Shown piece by piece: positions 56,005-64,000 of a stretch of 64,000 nucleotides of DNA. Position numbers and translations under genes: made by a program. The notes below the pieces were generated by a model, which had not been told where the DNA came from, did not search any database, and saw nothing but the letters and a program-made list of their open reading frames with translations. Every line of letters starts with the position of its first letter. Position 1 is the stretch's first letter. The DNA comes from Candidatus Nomurabacteria bacterium RIFCSPLOWO2_01_FULL_41_18 (GTDB taxonomy: Bacteria > Patescibacteriota > Minisyncoccia > Phycocordibacterales > UBA9973), in contig MFUZ01000006.1 of the NCBI GenBank assembly GCA_001785865.1, positions 111,307 to 175,306 of the forward strand. Reading direction: 5' to 3'.

Positions 56005-57015
56005 TTATAGACTGAAATTAGTGATGTTGTAGAGATCAGCATCATCCTCTTTCTTTTCATCCTTACTCCGATCATCGAGAGGAGCCTCGTTGGATGCAAG
56101 TCCGTTTGCGACTGGTTCGGGCACTGACTTAGAAATATAATTTTCTAGCATTTCAGCCTGCGGAGGTATATTTTCAGTTCTGTCTTGCGTGTTGGATTTG
56201 TTGATCAAGTCGAGGATCTGCCGCAAGTCTTCGGTAGAAAAATAATCAATCTTGATCTGTCCACCGAGTTCTTTTTTTTCGATATGGACACGAGTACCCA
56301 ATTTTTCTTGGAATTCTTCTTCCAGCTCGGTTATCTCCGGATCGGGCATAAATTCTTTTTTTCGTACTCGATCGTAGGCTATCTTTCTCGCCAATCTTTC
56401 CGCTTCTCGTACAGTGATCTTTTTGTAGACAATTTCCTTAAACAGCACCAGTTGCTCTTCGGGGTGATCAGCTAGCATTAGGATCGGGCGGGTGTGTCCT
56501 TCAGTGATTTTGCCTTCGGATAAAGCATTCAGCATCTCTTCCGGCAAAGAAAGGATACGGAGTGTATTTGAAACATATTCCCTGCTTCTCCCCATTTTTT
56601 TTGCTATCTCGTTGTGAGTAAATTTGAATTCACTCGCCAAGCGCAAAAAAGCGCGAGCACGGTCTACCACATTCAGGTCTTCGCGTTGTAAATTCTCAAT
56701 TATTGCAAGTTCGAGTTTCATTATGTCTGTATCTCCGGTACGGATGATGACTGGTACCTGAGATACATTGGCCAAAATAGCCGCCCGAAGCCTACGTTCG
56801 CCCGCAATGAGTTCATATTCAGTGACTATTCCACCCCCTTCTTTTTCAACTTCAACTCTAGAGACAGTGAGCGGTTGAAGAACTCCGTATTGTTTTATAG
56901 AGTCGGAAAGATCCTGCAAGCGCACAGCATCAAAATCTCGTCTGGGTTGATACGGGTTCGGTTTTATCTTGTCGGTATCGATCCAGAAAATTGAATTAGA
57001 ATATATGTTGGACAT
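56005..57015 (-). CDS. parB: ParB/Spo0J-family protein with an acidic low-complexity C-terminal tail. No parA is adjacent.
   Basis: ParB box 'LIAGERRLRAAILA' and an HTH. Confidence 0.7.
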   Translation of the reverse strand: MSNIYSNSIFWIDTDKIKPNPYQPRRDFDAVRLQDLSDSIKQYGVLQPLTVSRVEVEKEGGGIVTEYELIAGERRLRAAILANVSQVPVIIRTGDTDIMKLELAIIENLQREDLNVVDRARAFLRLASEFKFTHNEIAKKMGRSREYVSNTLRILSLPEEMLNALSEGKITEGHTRPILMLADHPEEQLVLFKEIVYKKITVREAERLARKIAYDRVRKKEFMPDPEITELEEEFQEKLGTRVHIEKKELGGQIKIDYFSTEDLRQILDLINKSNTQDRTENIPPQAEMLENYISKSVPEPVANGLASNEAPLDDRSKDEKKEDDADLYNITNFSL

Positions 57016-57089
57016 GAATTGATTTTAGCATAAAAATTTTATTTGCAACAATTGATTAAAATTTTATTTTTTAGTAGAGTATATTTACT

Positions 57090-57173
57090 GCCGGGGTGGC
57101 GAAATTGGTAACCGCAATTGACTCAAAATCAATCGGGGGCAACCCCTTGGGAGTTCGAGTCTCCCCCCCGGCA
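57090..57173 (+). tRNA. tRNA-Leu (anticodon CAA), type II with a long variable arm. CCA is not encoded.
   Basis: Acceptor GCCGGGG/CCCCGGC, D-stem GCG/CGC, anticodon stem ATTGA/TCAAT with loop CTCAAAA, variable arm CGGGGGCAACCCC, T-arm GGGAG-TTCGAGT-CTCCC. Confidence 0.8.
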
Positions 57174-57248
57174 CAAAAGCCTGCCCCGTACTGAGCTCTG
57201 CTCTAGTACGGGGTTATCCACATCCGCCAAAGGCGGACAAGCTTGCAT

Positions 57249-57266
57249 TATCTCATATATGAGATA
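57249..57266. promoter_or_regulatory. Perfect 18-bp palindrome (TATCTCATATATGAGATA). Candidate operator for the downstream HTH-MurA protein.
   Basis: Seen directly in the sequence. It ends 13 nt upstream of the proposed ATG at 57279 and overlaps a TATAT -10-like element. Confidence 0.4.
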
Positions 57267-57278
57267 TACTATGGAAAT

Positions 57279-58814
57279 ATGAAAAAAACGTCAACAAAGG
57301 AAACAGAGACCGAGCAGGAAAAGATCGGCTTTTTTATAAAAGAGCTTCGTGAACATCGTGGGATGACGCAGGAACAGTTTGCTAAAGCACTCAATACTTC
57401 TCAAAGCTCAATCCCCCGTATGGAAAAGGGTGAGCAAAATTTTACTACGGAATTACTTCTTAAAATAAGTAACGTTCTAGACCACAAAATAGTTTCTTTA
57501 AATGATTCAATTGATTTTGAAGTCACTGGAGGAAAAAAATTAAGCGGAACCATAAAAACCAATTTTTCAAAAAACGGCTCAGTTGGACTTTTGTGCGCTT
57601 CGCTTGTAAATAGCGGAGTGACAACATTGCACGGCATTGCTCGCATTGAAGAAGTGTATAGAGTAATTGAAATTCTGGAAAGTATCGGAGTCGTTGTTAA
57701 ATGGCTTAACCAAAACACTCTCACAATTACTCCTCCTAAAAAATTTAGTTTGGACAATGTAAATACAGAATCTGCGATTAAAACTCGCTCAGTTATTATG
57801 CTTGTCGGACCTCTTATTCACAAATTGTCAGCTTTCATCATTCCTCACCCCCACGGATGCAACCTTGGTAAACGCACTATTGCAGCACATATTTTTGCAT
57901 TAGAAAAACTCGGGGTAAAAATAAAAACCACAGCAAAAAATTACGATGTTTCTGCAAGAAAACTCAAACCGGGATACATAGTAATGTATGAATCCGGAGA
58001 TACTGCTTGCGAAAATGTTTTAATGGCTTCTGCCCTGATTCATGGCGTGACAAGAATAAGTTTTGCTAGTGCAAATTATATGGTGCAAGAAGTTTGTTTT
58101 TTCCTTGAGGCTTTGGGTGTGAAAATAGAAGGAATCGGCACTTGCAACCTCACTGTTCATGGAGTAAAAGAAATAAACAAAGACATAGAATATTGGAACA
58201 GCGAAGACCCGATAGAATCCATGATGTTTATTTCTGCGGGAATTATTACTGACTCAAAACTCACCATAACTAGAGCTCCTATAGATTTCTTGGCTCTGGA
58301 ATTGGAAAAACTAAAGAGAATGAATTTAAAATATAAAATTTCAAAAGTTTATAATTCATTCAACGGCCGAACTAGACTCACTGATATAGAAATTTTCCCA
58401 AGCAAACTGAAAGCGTTAAAAGACAAACTTCATTCAAATCCTTATCCGGGAATAAATATAGACAATTTGCCATTTTTTGTACCGATTGCCATCCGGGCCA
58501 AAGGACAAACGATGGTTCATGATTGGGTATATGAAAACCGAGCCATATATTTGACCGAATTAAATCGCCTAGGAGCGGACATAACCCTCGCAGACCCTCA
58601 TCGTCTCTATATTACAGGCGGTACTCCCCTAAAAGGAGCCCAAATCGTCTGCCCTCCTGCGTTGCGACCATCTATGGTTATTCTTATTTCAATGCTTGGT
58701 GCTAGTGGCACATCAATACTCCGAAATGTCTATATGATAAATCGAGGCTATGAAGAAATTGTAGAAAGATTAAATTCCATCGGCGCGGATATTAAAATAA
58801 TAAAGGGGAATTAA
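57279..58814 (+). CDS. murA: XRE-family HTH domain fused to UDP-N-acetylglucosamine 1-carboxyvinyltransferase (MurA). The start is set at MKKTSTKE.
   Basis: The N-terminal about 70 aa, 'IGFFIKELREHRGMTQEQFAKALNTSQSSIPRMEKGEQNFTTELLLKISNVL', form a Cro/C1-type HTH. The rest aligns end-to-end with MurA (…FEVTGGKKLSGTIK…, active-site Cys in PHPHGCNLGKR, …RGYEEIVERLNSIGADIKI…). Confidence 0.7.
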   Translation: MKKTSTKETETEQEKIGFFIKELREHRGMTQEQFAKALNTSQSSIPRMEKGEQNFTTELLLKISNVLDHKIVSLNDSIDFEVTGGKKLSGTIKTNFSKNGSVGLLCASLVNSGVTTLHGIARIEEVYRVIEILESIGVVVKWLNQNTLTITPPKKFSLDNVNTESAIKTRSVIMLVGPLIHKLSAFIIPHPHGCNLGKRTIAAHIFALEKLGVKIKTTAKNYDVSARKLKPGYIVMYESGDTACENVLMASALIHGVTRISFASANYMVQEVCFFLEALGVKIEGIGTCNLTVHGVKEINKDIEYWNSEDPIESMMFISAGIITDSKLTITRAPIDFLALELEKLKRMNLKYKISKVYNSFNGRTRLTDIEIFPSKLKALKDKLHSNPYPGINIDNLPFFVPIAIRAKGQTMVHDWVYENRAIYLTELNRLGADITLADPHRLYITGGTPLKGAQIVCPPALRPSMVILISMLGASGTSILRNVYMINRGYEEIVERLNSIGADIKIIKGN

Positions 58815-59806
58815 TGCGCAAATTGAAAAATAACTTTTTGCGGGGTTTCGAGGCTGACGAGCCGAGAACTTCAGGATTTTTTAAGCTTAAAAAAATCCGT
58901 ACCAAAAAAAAGTTCATTTTTCAATCTGCGCCCACAATCATTGTTATCTTAGGTCAAACTGCTACAGGTAAAAGCAATTTGGCAGTAAAAATTGCCCTTC
59001 GGCTACGCTCTGGACCTTCGGCCCGAAAATATGGTGGTGAAATTATTTCTGCCGATTCAAGGCAAGTTTATAAAGGGCTTGATATAGGCACGGGTAAAAT
59101 TACTAAAAGAGAAATGAAGGGTGTTCCACATCATTTACTTGATGTAGTAAACCCAAAATACAAATTTACTGTTGCAGAATATAAGGAATTAGCTGAAGAA
59201 AAAATAAAAGAAATAATTGCTCGTGGTAAGACTCCAATAATCTGCGGAGGTACAGGATTTTATATTGATGCCGTCACCAAGGGCATAATTTTCCCCGAAG
59301 TGCCGCCAAACGTAAAACTTCGCAAACAACTTACTTCAAAATCTGCTATCGCATTATTTAAAGTATTAAAAAAGTTAGATTCAGAAAGATCCAAGACCAT
59401 AGACTCTAGAAATAAAGTCAGATTGATCCGAGCGATAGAAATAGCGAAAGCTCTAGGCAAAGTCCCAGAAATTACTGAGGTCTTGCCTCAATATAAATTT
59501 ATAAAAATTGGGTTATATCTCCCACCGGATAAATTAAAAAAGAAAGTAGAGAAAAGAGTCAAAAAAATGTTTGACAATGGCTTGTTGAAAGAAATTAAAA
59601 AAATAAAAAAGAGTGGAATGTCAAACAAAAGACTTCAAGAACTGGGTTTTGAATATTTTAATCCTACTTACGAAAAAGTTGTGAAAGGCACTTTACAATA
59701 TGCCAAACGCCAAATGACATGGTTTAAGCGTGATAAAGAAATAAAATGGTTTGATGCGTCAAAAGGACACACATTGACTATTTTAGGGAAAAGTATAAGA
59801 ATATAG
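58814..59806 (+). CDS. miaA: tRNA dimethylallyltransferase.
   Basis: P-loop 'IIVILGQTATGKSNLAVKIA' and a DSRQVYKGLDIGT motif. TAATG overlap with the upstream gene. Confidence 0.85.
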   Translation: MRKLKNNFLRGFEADEPRTSGFFKLKKIRTKKKFIFQSAPTIIVILGQTATGKSNLAVKIALRLRSGPSARKYGGEIISADSRQVYKGLDIGTGKITKREMKGVPHHLLDVVNPKYKFTVAEYKELAEEKIKEIIARGKTPIICGGTGFYIDAVTKGIIFPEVPPNVKLRKQLTSKSAIALFKVLKKLDSERSKTIDSRNKVRLIRAIEIAKALGKVPEITEVLPQYKFIKIGLYLPPDKLKKKVEKRVKKMFDNGLLKEIKKIKKSGMSNKRLQELGFEYFNPTYEKVVKGTLQYAKRQMTWFKRDKEIKWFDASKGHTLTILGKSIRI

Positions 59807-60134
59807 AAAAAGAAGGCACACAACGTGCTTTCGAAATTAAAAACCTTATGAATGCATGTTCTTCCCTTGCGGAGTCGCTTACCGATCGGCTCAAAAACAC
59901 CACCGAACAAAAACCCTTACACTGGTCAGTATTTATGAAAGATTTTGTGGAAAACGGGCAAAACTCCGAGGCTGAATTGGTGGAAGCCATGAACTCCTTG
60001 CTGTTGCCTCATGGTACTGTGGCGGGCAGAAACCACAGATTTTGGGTTACCTTATCACAAGCATGACAAATCACAGCATACAAAAATCAACCGCTCGTTC
60101 ATGGACTCCGCTCCATCCGAGCGGTTTACCATTT

Positions 60135-61517
60135 CTACCCAAACCAGACATTTTTTATATTTACAAATTCTTTGATGCCATAAGTGCCGAGTTCTCTGCC
60201 ATATCCAGACTTTTTTACTCCTCCAAACGGCGCTCTTGGGTCAGACTTGACCATATCATTCACACACACATTTCCTGCTTCAATTTGCGGGATAATTCTT
60301 TTTGCTTTTTCCATATCCGTTGTAAAAATAGACGCGCCGAGACCGTATCTGGTGTCGTTTGCTATTTGAATAGCTTCCGCTTCCGTTTTAAAAGAAATAA
60401 CTGGCAAAACTGGCCCGAAAACTTCTTCATCATACACTGGCATGCCCCTTTTTACATCTGTCATAACTGTTGGCATATAAAAATATCCTGCCTGTGCAGG
60501 CAGGTCCTTTCCCTTTGGGCGAGTTCCCCCAAAGACAATTTTTGCTCCAAGTGATACCGATTTTTGAACCTGTTTTTCTACTTCTAACAAAATTTGCTCC
60601 GTTGCAAGCGGTCCGATATCTATTTCTTTATCACTAGGGTCACCCACTGTTAATTTAGAAAATTCTTCTATCACAGCTTTTGTAAATTTTTCTTTTATAC
60701 TTTCCTCCACAATAAATCTTTTTGCAGAAATACAGCTCTGTCCGACATTACCTTGTAGTCTTGCTAAAACGGCAACTTTGGCAGCTTCAGCGATATCTGC
60801 ATCAGCAAATACGATAAACGGATCACTTCCACCGAGCTCAAGCACTACTTTTTTTATTTCTTCTCCGGCCGTACGAGCGACTTCACTACCAGCTTTTTCG
60901 CTACCAGTCAGAGTAACAGCAGATATTCTGGGGTCACGAATCAGGCTTTCAACACGAGTTGAAGGCAAAAACAAATTTTGAAATACACCCTCTGGAAATC
61001 CCGAAGCGCGAAAAGATTCTTCTATAGCCTCCGCACACTGTGGCACATTTGAGGCATGCTTTAAAAGCCCTACGTTCCCTGCCATGAGCGCAGGCACTGC
61101 AAAGCGATAAACCTGCCAAAACGGGAAATTCCATGGCATTACAGCAAGAACTATGCCAAAAGGGTCAAATTCTACATATTGTTCTTTATGGTCGGTATTT
61201 AACACTTCATGAGCTAAAATATCCTCTGCATTGTCTGCATAATAATCACAAAGAAGTGCGCATTTTTTAATACCTACAGGACCGGATTTCATAGTTTTAC
61301 CCATTTCAAGCATTTGTAATTTTGAAAATTCTTCTGCATGACTGCGCAAATAATCCCCCAATTTGAGCATCAAGTCGGCACGTTCTTTGAATGAAGTTTT
61401 TTTCCAAGATTCAAAAGCTTTTGAAGCAAGCGAAATTTTCTTTTCAAGATCTTTATCTGAAATTTCATCAAACGTCTTTAAAATTTCTTCTGTTACTGGG
61501 TTTTTTGATTGAATCAT
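60135..61517 (-). CDS. NAD(P)-dependent aldehyde dehydrogenase (succinate-semialdehyde dehydrogenase-like).
   Basis: ALDH Glu motif (ELGGSDP) and a catalytic Cys (GQSCISAKR). Confidence 0.8.
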   Translation of the reverse strand: MIQSKNPVTEEILKTFDEISDKDLEKKISLASKAFESWKKTSFKERADLMLKLGDYLRSHAEEFSKLQMLEMGKTMKSGPVGIKKCALLCDYYADNAEDILAHEVLNTDHKEQYVEFDPFGIVLAVMPWNFPFWQVYRFAVPALMAGNVGLLKHASNVPQCAEAIEESFRASGFPEGVFQNLFLPSTRVESLIRDPRISAVTLTGSEKAGSEVARTAGEEIKKVVLELGGSDPFIVFADADIAEAAKVAVLARLQGNVGQSCISAKRFIVEESIKEKFTKAVIEEFSKLTVGDPSDKEIDIGPLATEQILLEVEKQVQKSVSLGAKIVFGGTRPKGKDLPAQAGYFYMPTVMTDVKRGMPVYDEEVFGPVLPVISFKTEAEAIQIANDTRYGLGASIFTTDMEKAKRIIPQIEAGNVCVNDMVKSDPRAPFGGVKKSGYGRELGTYGIKEFVNIKNVWFG

Positions 61518-63226
61518 TTTATTTTTCCCAAAGTTTTATTTGCTTCTTCATAATTTATCGGACAAGCCACAATATGTACTCCTTTAGAGTTTAAAGCTTT
61601 TTCCAGAGTTGGCAAGAGATCTTTTGCTTTCTCTATTTTATGTCCAACTGCGCCGAAACTTTCTGCCATCATCACAAAATCCGGATTTTTGAAATCAAGC
61701 CCAAATGGAGACAAATTCATATCTTTTTGCTTGGAGCGGATCATTCCAAAACCAGAGTCATCTAATATGAGCACTACCAAATTTATCTTTAGACGAACAG
61801 CTGTCTCCAATTCCCCAATACTCATCATTATACCCCCATCACCAGAGACAACTATAACTTTTTTGTCTTTATCAGGATAAAGAATTTTTAGAGCAATACC
61901 CGAAGGCAACCCTGCACCCATGGTCGCCAGTGTATTATCCAGAAGAATACCGTTTCGTTCTTTGGTGATAAAATTTTGGGCAAAATAGAGCTTATACATG
62001 CCGTTGTCTAAAGCCAGCAGGCCGTCACTTGGTAATATTTTTTGTATGTCCGAAATAATTCTCTCTGGTCTAAGGGGGAAGTCCAGTGATTCTGTAAATT
62101 TGGCTGTATTTTTTTTATAAGTATCTCGTGCTTTAAGAAAATAACTAAAATCCCAATCAGGGTTTCCGCCCGAGGCGGATCTGCCTTTAGCGGAAATTTT
62201 TCTTGTGAACTCTGAAAGTGTATGCGCAACATCCCCCACTACTTCATGAGTTGGCATATAAATATCTGAAAAAGTAGAAGAGAAGAAATTAATATGAATA
62301 ATTTTTATATTTTTTGAATTCTCTTTATTAAAAATAATAGGTGGTTTTTCGATCACATCATGCCCGATAATGATAACGACATCTGCCATATGTAATGCTT
62401 GATGCACATAATCACCTTCAGAAAGAGCTGTAGTGCCGATATAAAGTTTAGAACTTTCATCCTCCACTCCTTTACCCATTTGAGTTGAAACAAAGGGTAT
62501 GCCCGTTTTTTTTATAAACACTTCCAGTTCTTTTTGTACAGGATGTCTGTTTAATCCGCCACCTAAAATGATTATTGGATGTTTTGCTTTTTCTATTTCA
62601 TTAATTGCAAGAGTTATGGCTTTTTCGTCTGCATTAGGATAAACAATTTTTTTAGAAATAATTGGAACTGCATCACACATTTCTTCAGCAATATCTTCTG
62701 GTAACTCTAAATGCACTGCGCCAGGACGTTCAGTCTCAGCGAGACTTATAGCCTTCGAGATTATATCTGGCACTTGTTTCCCTTTTGTAATAGTCGCAGA
62801 AAATTTAGTTATTGGTCTCATCACAGCCACAATATTAACAATTTGGAATTCTCCCTGCTCATTCTTTTTTATCGGTTTCTGTCCCGTAATGACCAAAAGA
62901 GGAAAACCGCCCAACTCCGCATAAGCCACTCCTGTAAGCAAATTTGTGGCCCCAGGGCCAAGTGTAGAGAGCGCAACCCCCACTTTGCCTGTAATCCTGC
63001 CAAAGGTAGCTGCCATAAAAGCTGCCGCCTGCTCGTGACGAGTGGTGATGAAAGTGATTTTGGATTTCCTCACTGCATCCAAAAAAGTCAAATTCTCCTC
63101 TCCTGGTACGCCAAAAATATACTCCACGCCATGGGCTTCCAAACATTCCACAAGTACTTCTGCTGTGTTTTTAGTTTTCTTTTGCACAATTTTTAATCTA
63201 CTTTTTAGGGAATTCTCCTTCGACAA
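61514..63226 (-). CDS. Thiamine diphosphate-dependent enzyme, acetolactate-synthase large-subunit-like.
   Basis: Three-domain ThDP architecture with a GDG(G) ThDP-binding motif (…VVSGDGGIMMSIGELETA…). Confidence 0.75.
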   Translation of the reverse strand: MSKENSLKSRLKIVQKKTKNTAEVLVECLEAHGVEYIFGVPGEENLTFLDAVRKSKITFITTRHEQAAAFMAATFGRITGKVGVALSTLGPGATNLLTGVAYAELGGFPLLVITGQKPIKKNEQGEFQIVNIVAVMRPITKFSATITKGKQVPDIISKAISLAETERPGAVHLELPEDIAEEMCDAVPIISKKIVYPNADEKAITLAINEIEKAKHPIIILGGGLNRHPVQKELEVFIKKTGIPFVSTQMGKGVEDESSKLYIGTTALSEGDYVHQALHMADVVIIIGHDVIEKPPIIFNKENSKNIKIIHINFFSSTFSDIYMPTHEVVGDVAHTLSEFTRKISAKGRSASGGNPDWDFSYFLKARDTYKKNTAKFTESLDFPLRPERIISDIQKILPSDGLLALDNGMYKLYFAQNFITKERNGILLDNTLATMGAGLPSGIALKILYPDKDKKVIVVSGDGGIMMSIGELETAVRLKINLVVLILDDSGFGMIRSKQKDMNLSPFGLDFKNPDFVMMAESFGAVGHKIEKAKDLLPTLEKALNSKGVHIVACPINYEEANKTLGKIK

Positions 63227-63437
63227 AATATATTAAATTATCTTCACTTTCATTTTTACTTATTTCGAAAACACTTGTAGATATTATTTTTCCAGCCGCT
63301 ATCACTTGGCTTTTATAAGCTTTTCCGTCTTTGAGCATTCTTGCAATTTCGGATTCTCGAATAAGAATATCACCTGCAAGCCTGTCTGGAACTTTTCTTA
63401 CTGGACTTATTTTTCCCATTTCTCTTTCAGGATTCAT
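63198..63437 (-). CDS. Hypothetical 79-aa protein. Its 3' end overlaps the ThDP enzyme's start.
   Basis: ORF from the track. No recognisable motif. Confidence 0.2.
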   Translation of the reverse strand: MNPEREMGKISPVRKVPDRLAGDILIRESEIARMLKDGKAYKSQVIAAGKIISTSVFEISKNESEDNLIYFVEGEFPKK

Positions 63438-63460
63438 AGTTTTATGTTAATATAATTATT

Positions 63461-63796
63461 TTAAGCAATTGATAAAAGTATAACTGCTATCACAGCCGTG
63501 ATTACCCCAATAACCCCTACTGCACTAAGTTTTTCTCTAAAAATTAAAATCCCTATGAGTACAGTCGTGACCAGAGTCATTACGGACCACATCGTACCCA
63601 CTATGGTTAGAGAATTTTTCTGCAAAATAGCAGGCAGCCACGCCAATGTTCCTAAACAATAAGCACCTAGAATCAGTAATACATATATGACCTTTGGCCC
63701 AAGAGCGAATTTCTTAGACAAAAATTCACCCACAGCAAAAAATATAGCAGACACTACCAACCAAACAATATAATTTATAGACAATAAAAATTTCAT
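63461..63796 (-). CDS. Small 4-TM EamA/SMR-like membrane protein (ArnE/ArnF-like).
   Basis: 111 aa with four hydrophobic helices. ATGA overlap with the upstream membrane-protein gene. Confidence 0.55.
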   Translation of the reverse strand: MKFLLSINYIVWLVVSAIFFAVGEFLSKKFALGPKVIYVLLILGAYCLGTLAWLPAILQKNSLTIVGTMWSVMTLVTTVLIGILIFREKLSAVGVIGVITAVIAVILLSIA

Positions 63797-64000
63797 AAGT
63801 TATGATTTTTAATCCACCAATTTTTTATAAAAGGCAAAGATTGCACAGATAGAAGATAACCTACTGCCGGAACAAAAGCTTTCAGCCATGGAAAAGTGTC
63901 GTGAATAAGGACCAACCAGACGCCTGCTATCAAATAAGTGCTGATGGAAATAAATAGTCTTCTGCTCCAACTAACTTCCCAACCTTTTTCAGCTTCAACT
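63793..64000 (-). CDS. C-terminal end of a polytopic membrane protein, possibly a GT-C/ArnT-like glycosyltransferase. Its 5' part lies beyond the window.
   Basis: Open frame …VEAEKGWEVSWSRRLFISISTYLIAGVWLVLIHDTFPWLKAFVPAVGYLLSVQSLPFIKNWWIKNHNL*, with a TGA overlapping the next ATG. Confidence 0.35.
   Translation of the reverse strand, partial: VEAEKGWEVSWSRRLFISISTYLIAGVWLVLIHDTFPWLKAFVPAVGYLLSVQSLPFIKNWWIKNHNL

Noticed and set aside
1-64000. CRISPR arrays, rRNA genes, transposases, integrases and phage structural genes.
   Set aside because: No regularly spaced repeat-spacer pattern, no rRNA-like conserved stretches, and no recognisable recombinase or transposase motifs in any frame.

Overview
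An AT-rich, gene-dense bacterial chromosomal segment; coding density and gene content resemble a small-genome Gram-positive-like or Patescibacteria-like organism. Order of content: (i) a 5'-truncated secreted PKD-like protein; (ii) a compact type IV pilus locus with pilB, pilC and five prepilin-type genes, one of them a pilin/beta-propeller fusion; (iii) a PBP2/FtsI transpeptidase; (iv) a near-complete de novo purine pathway in three operons (purB-MFS-purC-purM-purE; guaA divergent from guaB-purA; purD-purN-purF-purQ-[Cys-rich ORF]-purSL) plus a TetR regulator; (v) threonine catabolism (tdh-GNAT-kbl), glmS, and YvcK/CofD-like and HAD genes; (vi) a 1329-aa secreted multi-module GH9-like glycoside hydrolase; (vii) a roughly 2.4 kb segment bounded by 34-nt direct repeats that holds a nucleotidyltransferase-like gene, small membrane/secreted ORFs, a GC-rich VOC gene and tRNA-Gln; (viii) housekeeping genes dnaX, dus, ftsQ-like, serS, dprA, topA, rel and parB; (ix) tRNA-Leu; (x) an unusual XRE-HTH::MurA fusion with a perfect 18-bp palindrome upstream, translationally coupled to miaA; (xi) an aldehyde dehydrogenase, a ThDP enzyme and small membrane proteins. 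No CRISPR array, rRNA, transposase or integrase was recognised. Several short GC-rich islands sit in AT-rich intergenic DNA, carrying small ORFs or possible ncRNAs with their own consensus promoter or terminators. All calls come from reading the sequence and the supplied six-frame translation; no database search was possible.
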